From contig CALGBY010000132.1 in the NCBI GenBank assembly GCA_937886445.1, positions 1 through 14,922 of the forward strand: 14,922 bases of DNA. The letters are read 5' to 3'. The DNA comes from an uncultured Clostridia bacterium. GTDB taxonomy: Bacteria > Bacillota > Clostridia > Christensenellales > Aristaeellaceae. Positions 1 through 5,954 of the stretch are shown here, piece by piece. How positions within the stretch are numbered: position 1 is the stretch's first letter; each line of letters begins with the position of its first letter. The notes under the pieces were generated by a model. That model was given only the letters and a program-made list of their open reading frames with translations, made no database searches and was not told where the DNA came from. The position numbers were made by a program, and so were the translations under genes.

Positions 1-76
1 TGACGGAAAAGATGCTGAAAATGCATCGTTTTGAATTTAGAAACACACCCTAGTCGTACCCTCATCCGGTGTATAA

Positions 77-298
77 TTATCGTCTATGGAAAATCCCCTG
101 CCGCCGAAGCACCACACCGGGAAGCAGGGCAGCTTTTCGCCCTATTAACGAAGACCTGCGGTGCTGTTCTCCATTTGCATATTCTTCCGCCTTTGGAGCA
201 ATGATCTTTTCAACTGCAGAGCTTGCCGCATCACGAATACCTTTGCTGATGCCATCATTTACGGAATCGAATTCTTAAAAACTCATCCTTTTACCTCC
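77..298 (-). pseudogene. Decayed small gene with an intact ribosome-binding site and ATG but a premature stop at codon 4
   Basis: On the minus strand, GGAGG (294-298) lies 7 nt upstream of ATG (284-286). The reading is AGT TTT, then TAA (275-277). The same frame then stays open for 65 more codons (EFDSVNDGISKGIRDAASSAVEKIIAPKAEEYAN...) to TAA at 77-79. An alternative frame near 100-150 reads ..KSCPASRCGASAAGDF.., which resembles a zinc ribbon and hints at a further frameshift. No family was recognised. Confidence 0.3.
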
Positions 299-345
299 GA
301 TCAAGCGCCGTCATCACATTGCATATCTCACGAACAGGATAATTT

Positions 346-374
346 ATTATACACCGGGAACACACATTTGTCAT
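346..374 (-). promoter_or_regulatory. Sigma-70/SigA-type promoter facing left, toward the decayed gene at 286
   Basis: On the minus strand: -35 ATGACA (369-374), a 17-nt spacer, and -10 TATAAT (346-351). It is divergent from the promoter at 476-505. Confidence 0.45.
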
Positions 375-475
375 GAACAAAATAGCACAAATAACAGCCA
401 CATACTGAAAACTTGTGAAAACCATTCCATCACAGCAGCTTCCGTCCGGATCATGACAGCGTATATGCGCGCAGG

Positions 476-505
476 TTGACAGAAGCGACCGGAAATTGCT
501 ATAAT
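476..505 (+). promoter_or_regulatory. Near-consensus SigA-type promoter with extended -10, upstream of the deaminase gene
   Basis: TTGACA (476-481), an 18-nt spacer ending in TGc (497-499), and TATAAT (500-505). The predicted transcription start near 512 leaves a leader of about 110 nt before ATG 622. Confidence 0.6.
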
Positions 506-621
506 ATAAAAACACCGAAGGCGCATTTTCATATCGCCCCCGTCGTGGGAAAACGGGAAAATTTTGCGGCATCTCGTTTGGAAGGTGACCATGCCGGTGC
601 CGTTCCGGCAAGGCGGATATT

Positions 622-1260
622 ATGAACAGCAGGAAGTCAAAAACAGCGATCATCATTCTGTCGGTTCTTTTGGTACTGGCCATTGCCTGCACCGCTTTTC
701 TTCTTTTCAGGCTGAAGGCGGCACAGGAGGACGGCGCGATCCAAAAGCAGTGGCACAGCGCGGCTGTCAGCCCGGCGAAGGCGCAGGAGGACGGCGTTTA
801 CAACGATGAGTACATGCGCATGGCCATTGACAACGCCATTCACAACGAGGGCATCGGCGGCCCGGTGGGCGCGGTGATCACGAAAAAGAACGGCGAACTG
901 GTAGTATCCACCAGCAACCATAACCGCTCCGGCAGTTCCATGCTGCATGGCGAGGTGTGCGCGATCTACGAGGCACAGATGACGCTGGGCACCAAGGACC
1001 TTTCGGACTGCGTTCTTTATACCAGCGCGGAGCCCTGCCTGATGTGCGCCGCGTCCATCGCCAACGCGAAGCTCTCAAAGGTGTACTACGCGGCGGATTT
1101 CGCCGGCTCCGCTTCCTACGGGTTTGACGACGAGGGCTTCTACAACAGGATCCTCAGCGGCGATACCCTTACGGAATGGGTGCATGTGGAAGAGCCGAAC
1201 TGGGAAGAACCCTTCTCCGCCTGGTATCAGAGAAAGCAGAATAACGGTGCCGGCAAGTAA
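622..1260 (+). CDS. Membrane-anchored CDA-fold deaminase of the guanine deaminase (GuaD)-like / TadA-like nucleoside deaminase family
   Basis: - 212-aa ORF. The N-terminus MNSRKSK is followed by a 22-residue hydrophobic helix (aa 8-29, nt 643-708) and then a roughly 35-aa Q/E/A-rich linker.
- Zinc motifs: H109-G-E111 (nt 946-954) and P-C139-L-M-C142 (nt 1033-1047).
- Several blocks resemble Bacillus subtilis GuaD as I recall it: GIGGPVGAVI, DCVLYTSAEPC, KVYYAA, YGFDDEGFY and PFSAWY.
- The Shine-Dalgarno site is weak (GGCGGA, 612-617). Confidence 0.8.
   Translation: MNSRKSKTAIIILSVLLVLAIACTAFLLFRLKAAQEDGAIQKQWHSAAVSPAKAQEDGVYNDEYMRMAIDNAIHNEGIGGPVGAVITKKNGELVVSTSNHNRSGSSMLHGEVCAIYEAQMTLGTKDLSDCVLYTSAEPCLMCAASIANAKLSKVYYAADFAGSASYGFDDEGFYNRILSGDTLTEWVHVEEPNWEEPFSAWYQRKQNNGAGK
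714..796 (+). repeat. Short direct duplication inside the deaminase linker
   Basis: GAAGGCG(GCA)CAGGAGGACGGCG at 714-736 and GAAGGCGCAGGAGGACGGCG at 777-796. The exact 13-mer CAGGAGGACGGCG occurs at 724-736 and 784-796, 60 nt apart. The copies encode KAAQEDG and KAQEDG. Confidence 0.85.
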
Positions 1261-1353
1261 GGCGGCACGATAGGCTGAATGAAGGGAATATACGGAAATT
1301 TCCTGATGAAGGAAGTACCGTTCACACTCGGGGCGGAATGACGGAGGACAATT

Positions 1354-2508
1354 ATGCGCAAATACGGTCTGTTTCTTTACCGGCGGCTTTTGCCGTCTCT
1401 GCTGGCTGTGCTTATTTTTGCGGGCTGCCTGTACGCCCTCGCGGAGGGAAACGCTCCTTCGGTCACCTTTGAGGCGATGGAAGACAGCGAATTCGGCGCC
1501 GTATATATCGGCTGCACGATCGAAGAATTCTGTTCGGCGGGCTTTGTGCCGGGAGACAGCTGCGATGTGGAGCTCAGCAACGGTTTCCGGCTGGAGGATG
1601 TGCCCGTATATGACGGATATAACACCCTGACGGGCGAGCCGCTGATCGTGCTGTATCCCGGCTATCCCCATCCGGCTTTTACGTACGCCACCACCGGGAA
1701 TATGTGGGACTGTGCCGGTGTACAGGCCGGGGACACCGTGACGGTCACCCTGCGGGAGAAAGGGAAGTATATCGATATCCAGCAGAGCCTGGCCGCTGTG
1801 TACAGCAATGACCGGAATGCTTTCGCCTCTGATATCGTGTTTTCCAATTTCAGGGAGTTATCCGGCGGAAAGCTCCGCCCCCGTATGTTTTACCGGGGCG
1901 CCAGCCCTGTGGATGACCGGAACCTGCGGGCCGCGTGCACGGACGGACTGATCCGTGAGGCCGGTATCGGCTTTATCCATGACCTGGCCGATACTGAGCA
2001 GAAGGCCGCCGCGTATCCCTTCTTCCCGGGTTCCCGCTTTGAGGAGCTTATGGCGGGCGGCAGCGTTGCCTGTCTGGGACTCACCGCCGCCTACCGGGAG
2101 CCGGTATATGCCTCTTCACTGGCGGATGGGCTGAGGGCTATGATGAGTCAGGATCAGCCGGTCTATATCCATTGCACCGAGGGCAAGGACCGCACCGGCT
2201 TTGTATGCATCCTACTGGAAGCTCTGGCGGGGGCGGATTATGAGGAACTGCTGCGGGATTATATGCTGACCTATGATAATTATTACGGCATGACCGAGGA
2301 AAGCACCCCGGAAAGATATGCCGCCACCGTGCGCGTCCGCTTCCGGGATATGACGGACTGGCTGGCCGGCGTGCCGTCCGGCATCGATCTTTCCGGGCAT
2401 ACCTTTGAGGCACAGGCCGCGGCATATCTGCTGCAGGCCGGCATGACTGAAGAGGAAGTGCTTACGCTCACCTTCTTCCTGACGGGAGAGCAGCCTGCGG
2501 CGTTATGA
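1354..2508 (+). CDS. Exported (lipoprotein-like) protein-tyrosine/dual-specificity phosphatase, Y_phosphatase3 (PF13350)-like, with an extra N-terminal domain
   Basis: - GGAGG (1341-1345) lies 8 nt upstream of the ATG.
- Signal sequence MRKYGLFLYRRLLPSLLAVLIFAGC has a lipobox-like FAGC. An ALA-EG signal peptidase I site is an alternative.
- P-loop HCTEGKDRTG (HCX5R, nt 2170-2199), followed by DYMLTYDNY, which is typical of this family.
- Residues ~30-150 (..TGEPLIVLYPG..AGVQAGDTVTVTL) resemble the C-terminal beta domain of SAM hydroxide adenosyltransferases. This is tentative and from memory. Confidence 0.8.
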   Translation: MRKYGLFLYRRLLPSLLAVLIFAGCLYALAEGNAPSVTFEAMEDSEFGAVYIGCTIEEFCSAGFVPGDSCDVELSNGFRLEDVPVYDGYNTLTGEPLIVLYPGYPHPAFTYATTGNMWDCAGVQAGDTVTVTLREKGKYIDIQQSLAAVYSNDRNAFASDIVFSNFRELSGGKLRPRMFYRGASPVDDRNLRAACTDGLIREAGIGFIHDLADTEQKAAAYPFFPGSRFEELMAGGSVACLGLTAAYREPVYASSLADGLRAMMSQDQPVYIHCTEGKDRTGFVCILLEALAGADYEELLRDYMLTYDNYYGMTEESTPERYAATVRVRFRDMTDWLAGVPSGIDLSGHTFEAQAAAYLLQAGMTEEEVLTLTFFLTGEQPAAL

Positions 2509-2601
2509 TACCCAGAACAGTCACTGGCTGTACGGAGGCTCAGCGGCTCTTTTTAGCACCCTGCACGGCGGGGCACCGCTAAATGAAAGGACGGAGTACG
2601 A

Positions 2602-3837
2602 ATGAAGAAAAACACGGCCATTGCCCTCTGCCTGATCACAGCGCTTCTTTTGCCCTGCTTTGCTTTGGCGGAGGAAGATAACTATCTTACGGAAGAGGCA
2701 AAGTCCACCCTCATGACATTGGATCAGGTGGACGCGGACGGCTTTGTTTATCATATGGATTACCTTGCGGATTACCGCTTTGATGAGGCCCTTGCCACAG
2801 GCGCCGTGTGGCCCGACTATGATGCTGCCCTGCACGAACTGCTTTTGCCGGATGCGCCCTTTGACCCGCTCAAGGGGATCAGAGCCGGGGGCTGCAGCGC
2901 CTTCGCGGCCCTTTCTCCGGAGGGGCACGCGCTGATGGGCCGCAATTATGACTGGACCCGCAACGCGAACCTGCTGCTGGTGCTCCACACCGCGCCGGAG
3001 GGCGGATATGCCTCTGTGGGCATGTGCGATCTGGGCTTTTTCGGCTTTACAAAGGCTGCGGGCATCCCACGGCAGAACAGGCCGCTTCTGCTGTACGCGC
3101 CCTATGTGACGGTGGACGGCATGAATGAGAAGGGCTTTGCCTGCACGGTGCTGGTGCTGGAGGAGGAGGGCATGAAGCAGGAGCGCGGAAACACCGTTCT
3201 TCCCTCCGGCTTCGCGGTGCGCTATATGCTGGATCATGCCGCCACGGTGGAGGAGGCCATCACGCTGCTGGGCGGCATGGATATGCGCTCCGTATTCTAT
3301 ATGGATGGATCGGCGGATCACCGGCACGGCGGAAGCTTTCACTGGCTGGTGACCGACGCTTCCGGTGACCGTGCGGTGATCGAATATGTGGACGGGGAAA
3401 TGAAGGTCAATCGCCAACCTCTGAAGGTAAGCTATCATCCCGCTGATAATACCTTCACGCTGGCCCCCGCGCAGGAGGATAAGGAATACCTGGCTGTAAC
3501 GAATTTCTATGTTTCGGACGGCATTGAGAATACCCGGGGCATGGGATACTGGCGCTATGAAACGCTGTGCTCTCTGCTGGATGAAAACGCTCATCCCGAT
3601 GCCGGCCTTGCCATGGAATACATGCGAGCCGTGCGTTTCCTCCTGAATGACAATGAGGTGCGGGCGCGGATGACGCTGAAGGGAATGGACCCGGATGACC
3701 TTGACCACTGGCGTTGGATCACCTCCTGGAGCACGGTATACGATACCGCTACGCTCACCGTGTCCCTGTGCGCCGAGGAAAATTATGACGCCGTTTACAC
3801 CTTCTCCGTATTTGACGGAAAAGCCGATCGACAATAA
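2602..3837 (+). CDS. Secreted Ntn-hydrolase, peptidase C45 / choloylglycine-hydrolase-like linear amide C-N hydrolase
   Basis: - Signal peptide MKKNTAIALCLITALLLPCFALA|EE.
- Candidate nucleophile Cys98 in GGCSAF (nt 2893-2895), followed by GRNYDW and DGMNEKGFA. These are hallmark blocks of the CBAH/C45 Ntn clan.
- About 74 residues lie between the signal cleavage site and the Cys. They form a pro-region or alpha chain containing the motif MDYLADYRFDE. Confidence 0.8.
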   Translation: MKKNTAIALCLITALLLPCFALAEEDNYLTEEAKSTLMTLDQVDADGFVYHMDYLADYRFDEALATGAVWPDYDAALHELLLPDAPFDPLKGIRAGGCSAFAALSPEGHALMGRNYDWTRNANLLLVLHTAPEGGYASVGMCDLGFFGFTKAAGIPRQNRPLLLYAPYVTVDGMNEKGFACTVLVLEEEGMKQERGNTVLPSGFAVRYMLDHAATVEEAITLLGGMDMRSVFYMDGSADHRHGGSFHWLVTDASGDRAVIEYVDGEMKVNRQPLKVSYHPADNTFTLAPAQEDKEYLAVTNFYVSDGIENTRGMGYWRYETLCSLLDENAHPDAGLAMEYMRAVRFLLNDNEVRARMTLKGMDPDDLDHWRWITSWSTVYDTATLTVSLCAEENYDAVYTFSVFDGKADRQ

Positions 3838-3916
3838 GAACGTTGCTGATGCCCGAATGAGATCCGTCTCCGGGGCCGATCAGGCTCCGGGCCGCTGGAT
3901 GAAGCCCCCAAACAGC

Positions 3917-3970
3917 AAAAAAGTGGGTGAAAAGCCGCGAAAACGGCATATCACTCACTTTTTGTTTGGC
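3917..3970 (+). terminator. Rho-independent terminator, potentially bidirectional, closing the three-gene module
   Basis: Arm AAAAAAGTGGGTGA (3917-3930) pairs with TCACTCACTTTTTT (3951-3964) with one G-U wobble. The loop contains a nested GCCG/CGGC stem. A T-tract TTTTTGTTTGG follows, and the A-tract upstream gives the same architecture on the other strand. Confidence 0.65.
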
Positions 3971-4009
3971 AAACGGCAGTAATGCCGCGCTGTATTACCT
4001 GTTTTCTAA

Positions 4010-4309
4010 CGCATCCATCCTGTTGTTACGGCAACCGAATATCATGTTGATCATCCCATACTTGATGCGAAAGTGCTAGTAGGCAATAATGGCGCTTATG
4101 GTCTGCCGGATTATGCTCATTCTTATGATTCGATATATATCAAAGAGAATCCTGATGGTTCATTCCGAAAAATGCGTCTATATGACCCAAAGGATGGACG
4201 TGTTACAATAGAAATTGCTTACCATGCCGAACCTAACCTAACAAGTGATGGTCAAAATCTGAGTATAGCTTTTTTGAAAACACTAGAGATTTCAAAAAGA
4301 ATTATCTGA
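4010..4309 (+). pseudogene. 5'-truncated fragment resembling the toxin-like C-terminal domain (Ntox50-like) of phage head-morphogenesis / polymorphic-toxin proteins
   Basis: The frame is open from 4010, just after TAA 4007-4009, with no credible start or RBS. It reads ..GLPDYAHSYDSIYIKENPDGSFRKMRLYDPKDGRVTIEIAYHAEPNL... The pattern (LP.Y....IY....G.....LYD..G....I.Y H) matches my recollection of the Ntox50 domain. This segment is low in GC. Confidence 0.35.
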
Positions 4310-4437
4310 AATGGATCAGGAAAAAGCGGTTGCCATCTGATGAATAATGATTTCATTATATTCGGTTTTGCTCTTTCTGTTTTCTGATTCTGCATGTTTC
4401 TCTGTAGTTCTTGCCACAGTTTACGGTTGCAACTGGT

Positions 4438-4778
4438 TTACAGACCACTACCGGTCTTTCTATCATGGCAGTCTTTACACAGGGACTGCCAGTTCTTTTG
4501 CCCCAAAATAAAGTTGCATCTCCCCTGTGCGGCACGATATGCTCCACCATCGTCGCCGGGGTCAACCTGCCTCCTCGCATACACTCCGCACACAACGGAT
4601 GCTGCTCCAGAAACGCCTTTCTTGCTTTCCGCCACTTTGCGTTATAGCCTCTTGCGTCCGCACTGTCGCGTACTCGATCCGTGCTGTACATCATATGATC
4701 TTTGCAAAATACCTGTCCTGTTTCAAAAAATCCTGGGCATCCTGGGTATCGGCATGGTCGTCTCGGTAAATGGGGCAT
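4438..4778 (-). pseudogene. Phage-type HNH endonuclease interrupted by a single 1-nt frameshift
   Basis: - GGAGG (4782-4786, minus strand) precedes ATG 4776-4778.
- Frame A reads MPHLPRRPCRYPGC..RGYNAKWRKARKAFLEQHPLCAECMRGGRLTPATMVEHIVPHRGDATLFW.
- The conserved continuation QKNWQSLCKDCHDRKTGSGL* is in the adjacent frame, with its stop at 4438-4440.
- The frames switch in the run CCCC at 4501-4504 (GGGG on the coding strand). One extra G would restore a protein of about 113 aa. Confidence 0.75.
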
Positions 4779-4965
4779 GATTCCTCCTTTCGTAATCATA
4801 AAAGCACCGTATTCCGTTGTGATGCTCATATGGATATGAAATATTTTCCGCCTGTCACATATGCGCTGCGAAAAGCGTTTACATGATGGAGGAATGAGTG
4901 ACTTTCTGGGGAGCGGAATCCACGCTTCATAAATGTAACAAATGAGTCCGGCGGGGTGGAAAGCC

Positions 4966-4994
4966 TTGAATGGATGCGCGGAAAATGGTATATT
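4966..4994 (+). promoter_or_regulatory. SigA-type promoter with extended -10, upstream of the DUF6273 gene
   Basis: TTGAAT (4966-4971), a 17-nt spacer ending in TGg, and TATATT (4989-4994). Confidence 0.45.
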
Positions 4995-5096
4995 TGTATA
5001 GAAATAATGATATGACCCTCGCGGAGTGTGTCTGCACCGGTTGATCGGGTCCCTCCGCACCTTCAATCTGAACTGACCGACCTTTGGAGGTATCCT

Positions 5097-5924
5097 GTGA
5101 AAAAACACGTTCTTTTCAACATTCTCATCCTTTCTCTTTTTTGCTCTCTCGCTGTTTTCTCCGCAGTTATGGCAGAGGATACCGAAAATGATTTTCGGAC
5201 TGTTGGCAGTTTCGTCACTTTCGGCACCTATCCGCAAACCGTTGAGGGCACTGACAATACCTCCATCGAGTGGCTGGTGTTGGATTATGACGCTGAAAAC
5301 AACAGGGCGCTTCTCATCAGCCGCTACGGGCTGGATGGTCAAAGGTATAACGACGATTGGTCGGATGAAGTGCATGTTGTAACATGGGAGACCTGCACGC
5401 TTCGCACATGGCTGAATAATACCTTCCTGAATAAAGCCTTCAGCAAGGAAGAGCAGAAAGCGATTGTGCTGAGTGATGTGGATAACAGCAATGGACAAAA
5501 CTTTGATTGGACGATGGTTGGTGGAAAAGCAACTTTCGGTGGCAATAACACGCAGGATAAGATATTTCTGCTGAGCTATGCAGAGGCGAACAAGTATTTC
5601 AAACTAGCATGGGAACATCAATTAGAACGGGAAGAATTAATGTTTCAAGTAGAATGGGTAGAACACAATAACACCCAATCCCGTGTAGCGCCAACAGCAT
5701 ACGCTTGTGCGCAGGGTTCATTCACCAGTGAGTTTTACAACACGGAAGACGGGTTGGCGTCGGGATGGTGGTGGCTCCGCTCGCCCGGCAGTTATCAGTT
5801 CTACGCCGCGCGCGTGGATGACAATGGATCCCTGTACGACTACGATACCAAATACGACGGTATCTTGGTCCGCCCCGCTTTCTGGCTGGATCTGTCGGGT
5901 ATAAGTTCCCGATTGGCGGAATAA
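5097..5924 (+). CDS. Secreted DUF6273-family protein
   Basis: - The start is placed at GTG 5097, 6 nt after GGAGG (5086-5090). The upstream extension to 5028 lacks an RBS.
- Signal peptide KKHVLFNILILSLFCSLAVFSAVMA|ED.
- Family blocks: FGTYPQ, IEWLVL, TWETCTLRTWLN, DKIFLLSYAEA, WWWLRSPG and VRPAFWL. Confidence 0.75.
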   Translation: MKKHVLFNILILSLFCSLAVFSAVMAEDTENDFRTVGSFVTFGTYPQTVEGTDNTSIEWLVLDYDAENNRALLISRYGLDGQRYNDDWSDEVHVVTWETCTLRTWLNNTFLNKAFSKEEQKAIVLSDVDNSNGQNFDWTMVGGKATFGGNNTQDKIFLLSYAEANKYFKLAWEHQLEREELMFQVEWVEHNNTQSRVAPTAYACAQGSFTSEFYNTEDGLASGWWWLRSPGSYQFYAARVDDNGSLYDYDTKYDGILVRPAFWLDLSGISSRLAE

Positions 5925-5954
5925 TATACAGATAACTGAAATGAAACGGAGGAA

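Noticed and set aside
506-621. Purine (guanine/adenine) riboswitch upstream of the guanine-deaminase-like gene
   Set aside because: I could not find the conserved purine-riboswitch core, either the three-way junction or the loop motifs. It is kept only as a low-interest structured-leader observation pending an Rfam scan.
1075-1671. 198-aa minus-strand ORF spanning the deaminase/phosphatase junction
   Set aside because: It overlaps two well-supported plus-strand genes and their spacer. It has no motif and no RBS, so it is a shadow ORF.
1261-2601. Both spacers in the three-gene module are exactly 93 nt (1261-1353 and 2509-2601)
   Set aside because: The two spacers share no obvious sequence similarity or common structure, so I treat this as coincidence. 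The 10-bp palindrome GGAAATTTCC at 1294-1303 is also within chance expectation for a window of this size.
2521-3834. 437-aa ORF on the minus strand, nearly coextensive with the Ntn hydrolase gene
   Set aside because: This is a shadow ORF of a GC-rich gene. Its product is rich in R, G, H, A and Q with no recognisable motif, and it has no SD. The plus-strand frame has a signal peptide and the hallmark Ntn blocks.
4002-4014. The 13-nt exact repeat TTTTCTAACGCAT at 4002-4014 and 12174-12186, considered as possible att-like direct repeats flanking an 8-kb insertion
   Set aside because: One to a few 13-mer coincidences are expected by chance in a 15-kb window on two strands. The enclosed segment is compositionally heterogeneous and has no integrase or recombinase. 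The second copy is simply one arm of a local inverted repeat (GCGTTAGAAA 12145-12154 / TTTCTAACGC 12176-12185).
4496-4513. Programmed ribosomal frameshifting in the HNH gene at the TTTTGGGGCAAAAG homopolymer cluster
   Set aside because: Small phage HNH endonucleases are not known to use programmed frameshifting. The lesion behaves like a simple 1-nt deletion in a G run. Mutation or a sequencing miscall is the more economical explanation.
4779-5498. Upstream 240 codons of the 380-aa minus-strand ORF 4356..5498
   Set aside because: Only the last ~140 codons (from ATG 4778, which has its own GGAGG) look like a protein, namely HNH. The upstream part runs antisense through the DUF6273 gene and its promoter and has an implausible sequence.
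5097-5924. Diversity-generating retroelement target (C-terminal variable region in the secreted DUF6273 protein)
   Set aside because: The window has no reverse transcriptase, and I could find no template-repeat-like near-duplicate of the 3' end of the gene.
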